From Terriglobales bacterium (GTDB lineage: Bacteria; Acidobacteriota; Terriglobia; Terriglobales; Acidobacteriaceae): DNA of 64,000 nt. A model generated the notes under the pieces. The model did no database searches. It saw only the letters and a list, made by a program, of their open reading frames with translations, and was not told the DNA's origin. The translations under genes and the position numbers were made by a program. The stretch is from positions 4,540-68,539 of the forward strand of contig JASHOU010000185.1 of the NCBI GenBank assembly GCA_030038475.1, in the 5' to 3' direction. Positions 49,688-58,954 of this stretch are shown piece by piece; the stretch's first letter is position 1; each line of letters begins with the position of its first letter.

Positions 49688-50638
49688 GTGCATCTTCGCT
49701 CCGCGCTCAATGCGGCAATCGACCGGCTGACCACTAACCACGTTCCCTCGCCGCGGCTAAATGCCGAACTGCTCATCATGTTCACGCTCGACTGCGATCG
49801 CGCCTATCTCTACGCACACCCGGAGCGGCAACTAACTCTTGACGAATTGCAGCGCTACGACGAAGCTTTGGCGCGTCGCGCGACTGGCGTTCCGGCGCAG
49901 TACATTACCGGGCATCAGGAATTCTGGGGGCTCGATTTGATCGTGTCGCCAGCGGTGCTCATTCCTCGTCCGGAAACCGAGCATGTTGTGGAGGCGGTGC
50001 TGGAAATTGTGTCGAGAGTGGGATCCAGGCGGGAACAAGAACAAGAACAAAAACAAGATCAAAAGCAAGAGCCGCGGACAGGAGTGTCCGCGCCACACGA
50101 ACCTCGTAACGAGCCTCATTCACGTCATCTTCGCATTATCGATGTCGGCACCGGCTCGGGAGCGATTGCGCTCGCGCTAGCTACGGAAATGCCGACGGCG
50201 GAGATTCACGCGACAGATATTTCCTCTGCGGCGCTGGAGGTGGCGCGCGCTAACGCGGTGCGGCTTGAACTGGCTTCACGAATCGAATTTCACCTCGCCG
50301 ATCTGCTGAACGGTTTTCCGCCCGCATCCTTCGACGTAGTGGTCTCAAATCCGCCCTACGTTGGCGCGTCGGAGGAAGATTCCGTGCAACTCGAAGTCCG
50401 CAAATTCGAGCCGCGAAATGCTGTGTTCGCTGGGCCAACCGGACTGGAGGTAATCGAGCGGCTGATTCCGCAGGCCCACGCGGTACTGCGTCCCGGCGGA
50501 TGGTTCATATTCGAGATCAGCGGAACAATTGCAGAGGAGGTGCGCGACCTTCTCTCAAGCTGGAATGAAGTTGAAATCAGAAACGACCTGCAAAACATTC
50601 CGCGAGTCGTTATTGCGCAGAAACCAACGAACCGCTGA
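49688..50638 (+). CDS. prmC: Release-factor glutamine N5-methyltransferase, with an unusual ~35-aa insertion
   Basis: PAQYITGHQEFWGLDL, IPRPETE, SAM motif IIDVGTGSGAIALALA, and catalytic NPPY. Confidence 0.9.
   Translation: MHLRSALNAAIDRLTTNHVPSPRLNAELLIMFTLDCDRAYLYAHPERQLTLDELQRYDEALARRATGVPAQYITGHQEFWGLDLIVSPAVLIPRPETEHVVEAVLEIVSRVGSRREQEQEQKQDQKQEPRTGVSAPHEPRNEPHSRHLRIIDVGTGSGAIALALATEMPTAEIHATDISSAALEVARANAVRLELASRIEFHLADLLNGFPPASFDVVVSNPPYVGASEEDSVQLEVRKFEPRNAVFAGPTGLEVIERLIPQAHAVLRPGGWFIFEISGTIAEEVRDLLSSWNEVEIRNDLQNIPRVVIAQKPTNR
50033..50091 (+). repeat. In-frame hexamer array (GAACAA x3, AAACAA, GATCAA, AAGCAA) plus 7-bp hairpin GCGGACA-GGAG-TGTCCGC inside prmC
   Basis: Direct reading. 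It encodes EQEQEQKQDQKQEPRTGVSA in the prmC frame. Confidence 0.75.
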
Positions 50639-50714
50639 GCGTTCGTTAATCTTTGCGCAGAAATCCGGCTTGCCGCTTCTAGCGAGCAACCTGACCGATA
50701 TCCGAATTCGCCGC

Positions 50715-53700
50715 TTAAAAGGTTACCCGCACGCCAAACTGCGCGGCGAAAGGAATTCCAACCGTGGTGCCGGGGCCGAAGAAATCTCCCAGCGCGCCCT
50801 CGGGCACCTCGAGCTGTTTGAGGCTGGTGATGGGCACAGAGGCTCCCTGCGTGCAGGTGTAAGGGCTTCCACCCGGACAATAACTGCTGACGATGGTCTG
50901 ACCGTATTGATTGGGTTGCATCTGTGCTCCGGGCACGGGGAGCTGCACGACGTTGACCGCGTAGTTCGCGCCGGGATTGTTGCGGTTGAAAAGATTAAAG
51001 AACTCAAAGAAGGGATCGACCATCCAGCGCTCGTTGATTTTGATGGGACGCGTGACGCGCAGATCGGACTGAATGTAGGGCGTGCCGCGAAAGATATCCA
51101 GAGGGGTATATGCGGGCGAGCCGTTGTTGAGCGCAACCCAGATGCGCCCGGTGTTGTCCGCGCTGGTGATTGTGATAGGACGAGCGCTCTCAATCTGGTT
51201 TATGGTGCTCAACTCGAAGCCGCCGGGAACGTGCACAGTGCCGGCAATCACGGCGCGATGGCGAACGTCTTCGCCCGAGGGACCGTAGTCGCCGGGTCCG
51301 AACGCGTCCAGCTGCCCGGCATTCGGATAGCCGTGCGGTACCTGGCAGACGCCGTCGACATAGTCGAACAGCTCGCCCAGCAGGCATCCCCAGGTTTGCG
51401 CCTTGGAGAGCTGATAGTTCGCAACCAGGTTGAAGCGGCGCATATTGCCCTGCATGTGCAGCATCAGCGCGTTGTAACTGGAACGGTTGTCAGACTCGAA
51501 GACATTGACGTTGGGCACAAACATTTGCTGATCGGCGGTATCGGATGCGGGAATCAGCGGCGTGGTTATCGTAGGCACTCCGGCATCCGTAGGGGCGCTG
51601 CTGTAGGGGAATGCGCGGTAGCCGTGGTTGCCTTGTTCGTGCACGTAATCGGCGCTTACCAGCCAACGATCGTTGAAGGCGTGTTGCACGCCGCCAGTGA
51701 TGTGGATGGCGTATGGCGTCTTGTAATTTGACCCAATCAGATTTCCAGTCACGCCAGAGCCGCCAGTCAGGCAGCCGGGCCCGGTGAGCGCATAGGTCGC
51801 ATGCGAGGATCCACTAAAGGTGCACGATCCCGAAATCACGTTCGTGTTGTTGACGCCCTGAAACGCTGTGGCCCATCCGTTCTGCGCCAGGTCGTCGTAG
51901 TACAGGCCGAAGCCGGCGCGGATCACGGTCTTCGCGCTGCTGCCGGGCGAGTAAGCGACGCCGAGGCGCGGCGCGATCTGCTTGCGGTAATCCTGCGGCA
52001 CGCTGGGCGCAATTGGAATCTGCAGTGCTTGCAGCGTCTGATACGCCGCGTTATCGGCCTCGCTTCGTCCCGAGCCGACCATCAGGCCCCAGGTGGTCTG
52101 GTAACGCAGGCCGTAGTTGACGGTCAGCTGATGCGAGATGCGCCACGAATCCTCGGCGTAGAAAGCCAGTCGTTGCACGTTCTGGGAAAAGCTGCCGTCG
52201 CCCTCCGGCGTGTAGCTGCAAGTCGATCCGTCCGAAGCGGTGAAGTCGATACACTGTGGCGTGAAGGTTCCAAACACGCTGGGGTTCTGCACGTAATAGG
52301 TTGGATTGTTGACGTACTTGGCCAGCGTCTCCGCCGTCGAGGCAAACGCGCCGCCCAGCACGGGTTCATGAATGAAGTCGACCCCGAACTTGAGCGCATG
52401 GCTTCCCATAACGTGGCTCAGGTCGTAGCGAAACTGATATTTATCCTGATTGCGCAGGTCGGGGAAAAGCGTGATGGGAGTCGCAAACTGATTATCGCCG
52501 AAGGTCTCGAAGCCGGAAATCGTCAGCGCCGTCGAACTGAAGGGAAATGCCAGCGCAAAGCCCAGATCCGAATTCCGAGTCTGTGTCAGATGCAGCAAGC
52601 TGGAATCGAGCACCAGCGTGCCGAGCCACGTCGGGCTGAAAGTGTAGGTGTTGCTGAGCGCGACATTCCAATAATTGTTGTGCGTGGTTAGACCGGTCGA
52701 GGGCAGCGTACCCTGCTCGACCAGCGCATTGTGCGTGAGGTAGCTATCCATCGAAGTCCGGAGAAACCACTGCGACTTCGAAGACTGCGCCCAGTCAAAG
52801 CGCGTCGAGCCGATGTAGTCGCGGAACGGAATGGGAACATCCGGCGGAACGGCGATCGAAGGAACACCGGTAATCAGGCCAGGGCAACCTTCACAGTATT
52901 TGCCTGACGCCAATTCCGAGAGCGCATCGAACTGCGTAATGCTGGCCGGACTGTAAGCGATGCTCGCGTTCTCGTGGACATTCTCGAAGGAAGTGAAGAA
53001 CCACACCTTGTTTTTTGCGATCGGTCCGCCCAGCGTCCCAACATAATTCTGTCGAGAAAATGGCTGCTTGGGATTGTGCACGCAAACTCCGTCGCTGCAG
53101 GTCTCCGCCGGATTTTCGATGGGAAAGCGGGCGTTGAGCGCGGCCTGGCGGTCAAAAAAAACCGCATCGCCGTGCCAGTCGTTGGTTCCGTGCTTCGTGG
53201 TGATGACAACCGACCCGGCGGTAGTCCAACCGGTATCGGCATCTTCATTCGAGGTGCGCACGGCAAATTCCTGAAGGCCGTCGGGAGAAAAATTCTGCAA
53301 AAAGCCCCCGATCCAGTCGTCCGAATTATCGGCGCCGTCAACCGACAATTCGTTGTTCAATCCTGAGCTTCCGCCGGTGGAGACCGCGGTGATGCGTGCT
53401 TTGGTGGGATCGGAAGGCTCAACCGGCTCGGTTCCGGGCACCAGATAGGCGATATTGGCAAAGCTGCGCGCCGGCAGCGGCAGAGTTTCCAGATCGCGCG
53501 TACCGACGACACCGCCGTGCACCGCGCTTGCCGTCTGAGTCACTTCTTCCGTAATGGAAGAGGTAGTTCCTTCTACGGTCACCGTCTCGCGCCCGGTGGG
53601 CGGTTTGAGCGTTACCGAAATGTCGCGCACCATGCTGACCTCGACGGCGACGTCGGCGGTCGCGACGGCAAAACCCTTGGCGGTGACAGTAACCCGATAG

Positions 53701-53984
53701 CGCCCCGGCAACAGCCCTTCAATGCGGAATTCTCCGCGGGCGTCGGTTGTGGTCTCGCGCGAGATCGCCGATGCGACGGATTGTACGACCACGCTCGCTC
53801 CCGCCACGCGTGCTCCGGTGGCGTCCTCGATTTCACCCCGAAGAGCGCCGTTCCAATTCTGGGCGTGCAGGAGCGGCGAAAACGAAGCCGCGGAGATGAC
53901 CAGAAGCGCTACAGCGGGGAAGCCAACGGAACGAATCAGCAAACTTGATCTGCGAACTGCCGCAAGTGAGATGCGATTGAGCAT
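50715..53984 (-). CDS. TonB-dependent outer-membrane receptor with N-terminal carboxypeptidase-regulatory-like domain
   Basis: Signal peptide, then GALRGEIEDATGARVAGASVVV...TDARGEFRIEGLLPGRYRVTV (CarboxypepD_reg). A plug-like region follows, then an ~850-aa beta-barrel ending in the aromatic terminal ...FGVRVTF. Confidence 0.85.
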   Translation of the reverse strand: MLNRISLAAVRRSSLLIRSVGFPAVALLVISAASFSPLLHAQNWNGALRGEIEDATGARVAGASVVVQSVASAISRETTTDARGEFRIEGLLPGRYRVTVTAKGFAVATADVAVEVSMVRDISVTLKPPTGRETVTVEGTTSSITEEVTQTASAVHGGVVGTRDLETLPLPARSFANIAYLVPGTEPVEPSDPTKARITAVSTGGSSGLNNELSVDGADNSDDWIGGFLQNFSPDGLQEFAVRTSNEDADTGWTTAGSVVITTKHGTNDWHGDAVFFDRQAALNARFPIENPAETCSDGVCVHNPKQPFSRQNYVGTLGGPIAKNKVWFFTSFENVHENASIAYSPASITQFDALSELASGKYCEGCPGLITGVPSIAVPPDVPIPFRDYIGSTRFDWAQSSKSQWFLRTSMDSYLTHNALVEQGTLPSTGLTTHNNYWNVALSNTYTFSPTWLGTLVLDSSLLHLTQTRNSDLGFALAFPFSSTALTISGFETFGDNQFATPITLFPDLRNQDKYQFRYDLSHVMGSHALKFGVDFIHEPVLGGAFASTAETLAKYVNNPTYYVQNPSVFGTFTPQCIDFTASDGSTCSYTPEGDGSFSQNVQRLAFYAEDSWRISHQLTVNYGLRYQTTWGLMVGSGRSEADNAAYQTLQALQIPIAPSVPQDYRKQIAPRLGVAYSPGSSAKTVIRAGFGLYYDDLAQNGWATAFQGVNNTNVISGSCTFSGSSHATYALTGPGCLTGGSGVTGNLIGSNYKTPYAIHITGGVQHAFNDRWLVSADYVHEQGNHGYRAFPYSSAPTDAGVPTITTPLIPASDTADQQMFVPNVNVFESDNRSSYNALMLHMQGNMRRFNLVANYQLSKAQTWGCLLGELFDYVDGVCQVPHGYPNAGQLDAFGPGDYGPSGEDVRHRAVIAGTVHVPGGFELSTINQIESARPITITSADNTGRIWVALNNGSPAYTPLDIFRGTPYIQSDLRVTRPIKINERWMVDPFFEFFNLFNRNNPGANYAVNVVQLPVPGAQMQPNQYGQTIVSSYCPGGSPYTCTQGASVPITSLKQLEVPEGALGDFFGPGTTVGIPFAAQFGVRVTF

Positions 53985-54167
53985 AAGAAAGCCATCCTGC
54001 AAACGAAGGAATTGCCGCGGTGTAAATTGTTACGAAGTGATCATCTGTGCAGCTTGGCTAAGCGAACCGAGACTAACGGGGAGACGCTGGATACTACCAG
54101 CGATAGTGGCGTCAAAACCACTCTTAACAAGACATTCCCAAGAAACCGGACCAGATTGGGAGAAAAG

Positions 54168-55205
54168 CTAACGGACCATCCACTCTGTCACTTCGTGCGT
54201 CAGCGCAAGCAGCGGGCTATAGACAGCAAGGACGCAAGCAAGCATGGCAAGAGCAAGGGCGACTGGAACCACCCGCCATGCACGCACTCGCATCGCCCGA
54301 GCTTTGCGGTCTTCATCCCATGCAAGCAGGCGCGCCACGCGAGCGCTGATTGATCCGGTGACGAAGCCGACCGTACAGACGGGAGCAGCCTCTACAGGAA
54401 CGAGGCGGGAAAGCTTGACCAGTGCCGCAGCCAGGTTCACGGCATCATCAACGTTTGAGACGGCTGCATCGTCGGCGGCAAGTTCGGCGGCTTGCGACCA
54501 GGCGCTTTCCAGTTTGGCCATCCCGGGAAAAGGACAAAAACGAAAAACAAGTTTTTTCAGATTGTCGTGAAAGCGGATGTGCGCGACTTCATGTTTCAGC
54601 GCCATGTGCAGCTCATCGCGCCCCAGCAGCGCAACCGTAGACTCTGAAACCAGCACTCGCGATCTGCGCACGCCCACTAAAGTAAGCGGCGGAGCCTCGC
54701 GGCGCGAGCGGAAGACGACCGGGGGGAAGATGACCGGGCGAAAGACTGCCGAGCGAAAGATGGACGGCTCCCCGTCATTGTCCGTGCTCTCAGCGACGTT
54801 CCCGTTCTCATCCTCGACAGCCAGCGAACGAGCGCCCTCCAGCCAGCCGGCAACTACACGAGAAGTCCTCGACTGCGCAACCAGCACGCGGAAGCATCCC
54901 CAGCCCAGCAGAAGCAGCGCGCAAACTCCCAGCGCCAGCGGCATTCTGCCAATGCCCTCGTCGATATTGATGTTGATCGATCGCGGTTCCAGCAACTGAA
55001 ATGACGGGACGACAAAAGCGAACGTAATAACAACGGAAATCGCCAGCGGCAGAACGCGCAATGTGGAGAGCAGAGTGGCCACGCGACGTTCGGTCGCATG
55101 CAGCAGCTTCACCCAGCGCCACGAAACTGCGACCAAAGCCGACAGCAGGCAATAAACGAGGACGAAGAACGTGAGCGAGACCGCGATTCCGCGAAGGGCA
55201 AACAT
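54168..55205 (-). CDS. BlaR1/MecR1-type M56 membrane metalloprotease lacking an extracellular sensor domain
   Basis: Four N-terminal TM segments, zinc motif HEVAHIRFHDN, and a C-terminal TM. The ATG overlaps the blaI stop by 1 nt. Confidence 0.8.
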   Translation of the reverse strand: MFALRGIAVSLTFFVLVYCLLSALVAVSWRWVKLLHATERRVATLLSTLRVLPLAISVVITFAFVVPSFQLLEPRSININIDEGIGRMPLALGVCALLLLGWGCFRVLVAQSRTSRVVAGWLEGARSLAVEDENGNVAESTDNDGEPSIFRSAVFRPVIFPPVVFRSRREAPPLTLVGVRRSRVLVSESTVALLGRDELHMALKHEVAHIRFHDNLKKLVFRFCPFPGMAKLESAWSQAAELAADDAAVSNVDDAVNLAAALVKLSRLVPVEAAPVCTVGFVTGSISARVARLLAWDEDRKARAMRVRAWRVVPVALALAMLACVLAVYSPLLALTHEVTEWMVR

Positions 55206-55660
55206 CAGCGCTGCTCCTGGGCGTTGTTCTCTCTGGCTTTTTTGCGGCTTTGCAGTTCGCGGCGTTTCCGTTCCACCAGAAGCTGTAGCTCGTCCAGCAA
55301 TTGCGCGTCATGCGCGCTGAGCGCTTCCACAAGATACGAAAGCGGCAGCGAGGAAGCATCGCCCGATCCCAGCAACCGCGTGATGCTCTCGAGCGCCGTG
55401 ACCCGCTGCAATTCTTCAGGAGTTTGCCGCGGAGTATAGCGGAACGCCCTGCCCTCGGCGACGCGGTCGAGCAGACCTTTCTTGTAGAGACGATCCATCG
55501 TCGTCATGACGGTCGTATAGGCTTGGTGGATTTTGCCATCGGCAAGCAGTTCGCGAACCGTGGCGCTGCCCTGCGCCCAGAGCTTTTGCAGCACCTGCTG
55601 CTCGAAGGGTCCGAGCTGAGGTCGGGAACCTGCCCCGAAGATGGAAAATACTTTGGTCAT
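55205..55660 (-). CDS. BlaI/MecI/CopY-family transcriptional repressor
   Basis: Winged helix QVLQKLWAQGSATVRELLADG...YTTVMTTMDRLYKKGLLDR..GRAFRY. Confidence 0.85.
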   Translation of the reverse strand: MTKVFSIFGAGSRPQLGPFEQQVLQKLWAQGSATVRELLADGKIHQAYTTVMTTMDRLYKKGLLDRVAEGRAFRYTPRQTPEELQRVTALESITRLLGSGDASSLPLSYLVEALSAHDAQLLDELQLLVERKRRELQSRKKARENNAQEQR

Positions 55661-55678
55661 TAACTATAAGAAGAGCGA

Positions 55679-55692
55679 TTAATACTTATTAA
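55679..55692 (-). promoter_or_regulatory. AT-rich palindrome TTAATA-CT-TATTAA upstream of blaI (possible operator or promoter element)
   Basis: It lies 19-32 nt upstream of the blaI ATG in a locally AT-rich stretch. It lacks the TACA/TGTA core of known BlaI/CopY boxes. Confidence 0.25.
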
Positions 55693-55809
55693 GAGCAGTG
55701 GTCACGCGTTCTAGTCAAAAAGCATACCATACCGCCTCGCGCGCTGTGCCCGGCTAAATCGGCCAGCAGCGCATGTTTGCTCGAAAACGGAGACACAATG
55801 TCTGCAAGA

Positions 55810-56232
55810 CTATTCCGCTGCCTTTTGCACCAGCGCCGCGATTCCTGCGATATTTTTTATCAGCTCGGATGGGAATCCGTGTCTTTGCTGAAGATATTCC
55901 GGCGAATTGTAAGAGAGCCATACCTTGCCCTGCTCGTCCTGCCAGGCCAGCGCCTTGAGCGGCAAATCGATGGCCAAGCTGGGCGCGGCAACCATCAAAG
56001 GCGTCCCACCTTTCGGACTGCCAAAGATGAGCAATTGCGTCGGCCGCATTTTCAAGCCGGCTTTTTCGGCTTCGCCGCTATGGTCCACCAGCGCAAACAC
56101 AATCATGCCTTTCTCTTTGAGAATGGACTGTAGCCGCGCCAGCGTTTCCGGCACTGAGTAACGGCTGGGAACATCGACGATTCCCTTATCCTTAATTCTA
56201 GTATTAGTAATTCCAGCGCTTGCGATTTCCAT
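55810..56232 (-). CDS. DUF302-domain protein
   Basis: SRYSVPETLARLQSILKEKGMIVFALVDHSGEA...PTQLLIFGSPKGGTPLM...LPLKALAWQDE.GKVWLSYN. The start is taken at the ATG at 56232. The upstream track extension looks non-coding. Confidence 0.8.
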   Translation of the reverse strand: MEIASAGITNTRIKDKGIVDVPSRYSVPETLARLQSILKEKGMIVFALVDHSGEAEKAGLKMRPTQLLIFGSPKGGTPLMVAAPSLAIDLPLKALAWQDEQGKVWLSYNSPEYLQQRHGFPSELIKNIAGIAALVQKAAE

Positions 56233-56393
56233 GGGGCTCCCCAATCTTCGTTCTCTCCAATCTCCTTCGCGGCGCAACTCGGCTTTCGCAACCTGGCCTT
56301 CCCACGCCACAGGCCGTGGCCACTCGTGTCTCAGTTCCTCATGGTGAATCGGCGACGCCACGCGGCTCATCCTTTATTCTATAGAAGACTTTT

Positions 56394-58889
56394 ATGGCAA
56401 CCTCAACCACGCGGAGCACTGCCCGGGAAACCGCTACCGGGGTCATCGAAAATTACGAGCGCGAACGCATTTTTAACCTCTTCCGGCAATTCGGATATCT
56501 GGAAGCTGAACTGAACCCACTTGGCCTCCTGCCGTCGCAGCCGCATCCGGATTTGGCGGTCGACAACGAGTGGGCGCGGGAAGCGCGGCGCATCTATTGC
56601 GGCAGCATTGGCGTGGAGTTCATGCACATCGCCGATCCCGAACGGCGACGCTGGATTCAGGAGCGCATCGAAGACAAGCCGGCCGTCGTCGATCAGCAGC
56701 GGGCGCTCGACATGCTCTTGCGCGCCGATTTATTCGAGCAGACGCTGCAGCAGCGCTACCTGGGCAATAAACGCTTTTCGCTCGAAGGCAACACATCGTT
56801 GCTCCCGGCGGTCGATCAAATCCTGGACGTCGGCGGCGAGCGCGGTGCGGTCGAATTGGTAATCGGCATGAGCCACCGCGGCCGGCTGAACATGATTATT
56901 CATGTCGCCAATCGTCCGGCGGAGCAGGTGTTTGCCGAATTTGAAGATGTCGATCCGCGCAGCGTGCTGGGATCGGGCGACGTGAAGTATCACATGGGCG
57001 CGACCGGAGAATTCACCACCCGCGGCGGAAAGAAAATTCATATCCATCTGGCGTCGAATCCCAGCCATTTGGAAGCCGTCGATCCGGTGACGGTAGGTCG
57101 CACGCGCGCCAAGCAGGACCGCGCCGGCGAGGGCGGCACGGCCAAATACCTGCCGGTGGTGGTGCACGGCGACGCCGCATTTGCCGGCCAAGGCATCACG
57201 GCTGAGACCATCAACTACGCCGATCTCGCCGGTTACACCGTCGGCGGCACGATCCATATCGTCGTCAACAACCTGATCGGGTTCACCACCAACGCCCGCG
57301 ACGAGCATTCTTCGCGATTTTCCGCGCAACTCGGCCGGCGGCAGGCGATTCCCATCTTTCACGTGAACGGCGAAGACGTTGATGCAGTCATGCGGATCGC
57401 GCGAATCGCCACCGAGTATCGCTACCAATTTGGCACCGACGTGATTGTCGATTTGATCGGCTATCGCCGCCATGGTCACAGCGAAGTCGATGACCCCACG
57501 GTGACGCAGCCGTTGATGTACAAGGCGATCAAAGAGCATCCGCCGCTCTATCAGATCTACGCCAAACAAATCGGGGCGGAAAACGTGGCCGAGCAAGTCG
57601 CAACCGTGAAGAGTGAATTTGAAGCGGCGCAGAAAAGCGCGACCAAATTCACCAGGAAACAGCTGATGCGCGACCTTCCCGGCTACTGGGATGGTTACTT
57701 CGGCGGCCGCTATAAACCGGAGTACGAGCAGCTCACAGGCCTTGCGCGCGAAGAGTTGGCCGAACTCACCGAGCGGCTGACGACATATCCTGAGGGCTTC
57801 CACATCCATGCCAAGGTGAAGAAGCTGCTGGAGCAGCGCCAGGACATGGGAATCGGCAAAAAACCGGTCGACTATGGCATGGCGGAGTCGCTGGCCTTTG
57901 CCAGTCTGGTGAAGCAGGGCATTCCCGTGCGCTTGAGCGGACAGGACTCTCGCCGCGCGACCTTCAATCAGCGCCACTCCGTTCTCATCGATACGGAGAA
58001 CGAAACCGAATACGTTCCCCTGCGCAACATCGCGCCGGGTCAGGCGCCGTGCGATATCTACAACTCGCCGCTTTCTGAAGCGGGCGTGATGGGATTCGAG
58101 TATGGCTACAGCCGCGACTATCCCGAAGCGCTGGTTTTATGGGAGGCGCAATTTGGCGATTTCGCCAACGTGGCGCAGGCGGTGATCGACCAGTTCGTTT
58201 GCGCCGGTGAAGACAAGTGGAACCTGCTGTCGGGGTTGGTGCTCTTGCTGCCGCACGGCTACGAAGGTCAAGGTCCGGAGCATTCAAGCGCGCGCATCGA
58301 GCGATTTTTACAGCTGGCGGCGCGCGACAATATCCAGATCTGCCAACCCTCAAATGCGGCCCAATATTTCCATCTGCTGCGGCGGCAGGCGCTGCGCAAG
58401 TGGAGAAAGCCGCTGATCGTCTTCACACCCAAGAGCATGTTGCGGCACCCGGACGCGCTTTCTCCGCTCGAAGATTTCACGCATCAAAAATTCCTGCCGG
58501 TGATTCCCGATACCGAGATCCAGGATGCCAAACGCATTCTGCTCTGCACCGGCAAGATCGGGCACGAATTGCGCGCCGAACGCGAGAAGCGCAAAGATTC
58601 CAGCACGGCGATTGTTTTTCTCGAGCAGATGTATCCGTTTCCCGAGGCGGAACTTAAGGCCGAACTGGAGCGCCACAGCACGGCGCGCGACATCGTCTGG
58701 GTGCAGGAAGAGCCGGCAAACATGGGCGCACTTTCCTATATTCTGCCGCGCCTGAAGCACATCACCGACGATCGTCCGGTGCATTCGGTGAAGCGCTCGG
58801 CGAGTTCGAGCCCGGCAACCGGCTCGGCCAAAGCGCATGAGGTGGAGCAGAAGGCGCTGCTCGCGCTGGCATTTACTACTGTCGACTAA
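56394..58889 (+). CDS. sucA: 2-oxoglutarate dehydrogenase E1 component
   Basis: FRQFGYLEAELNPLG, YCGSIGVEFMHI, GMSHRGRLN, the ThDP motif region VHGDAAFAGQG, and LLLPHGYEGQGPEHSSARIERFLQL. Confidence 0.92.
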   Translation: MATSTTRSTARETATGVIENYERERIFNLFRQFGYLEAELNPLGLLPSQPHPDLAVDNEWAREARRIYCGSIGVEFMHIADPERRRWIQERIEDKPAVVDQQRALDMLLRADLFEQTLQQRYLGNKRFSLEGNTSLLPAVDQILDVGGERGAVELVIGMSHRGRLNMIIHVANRPAEQVFAEFEDVDPRSVLGSGDVKYHMGATGEFTTRGGKKIHIHLASNPSHLEAVDPVTVGRTRAKQDRAGEGGTAKYLPVVVHGDAAFAGQGITAETINYADLAGYTVGGTIHIVVNNLIGFTTNARDEHSSRFSAQLGRRQAIPIFHVNGEDVDAVMRIARIATEYRYQFGTDVIVDLIGYRRHGHSEVDDPTVTQPLMYKAIKEHPPLYQIYAKQIGAENVAEQVATVKSEFEAAQKSATKFTRKQLMRDLPGYWDGYFGGRYKPEYEQLTGLAREELAELTERLTTYPEGFHIHAKVKKLLEQRQDMGIGKKPVDYGMAESLAFASLVKQGIPVRLSGQDSRRATFNQRHSVLIDTENETEYVPLRNIAPGQAPCDIYNSPLSEAGVMGFEYGYSRDYPEALVLWEAQFGDFANVAQAVIDQFVCAGEDKWNLLSGLVLLLPHGYEGQGPEHSSARIERFLQLAARDNIQICQPSNAAQYFHLLRRQALRKWRKPLIVFTPKSMLRHPDALSPLEDFTHQKFLPVIPDTEIQDAKRILLCTGKIGHELRAEREKRKDSSTAIVFLEQMYPFPEAELKAELERHSTARDIVWVQEEPANMGALSYILPRLKHITDDRPVHSVKRSASSSPATGSAKAHEVEQKALLALAFTTVD

Positions 58890-58919
58890 GTTACGCGCGC
58901 GGCTTTTCGCCGAAAGCTC

Positions 58920-58948
58920 TTGACTGTTGACCATAGTTCTGCAACTAT
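58920..58948 (+). promoter_or_regulatory. Candidate arsR promoter (TTGACT-17 nt-AACTAT) with overlapping palindrome ATAGTT-CTGC-AACTAT
   Basis: The -35 element is at 58920-58925 and the -10-like element at 58943-58948. The palindrome spans 58933-58948. The arsR ATG at 58955 is only 6 nt after the -10. Confidence 0.4.
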
Positions 58949-58954
58949 CGAAAT

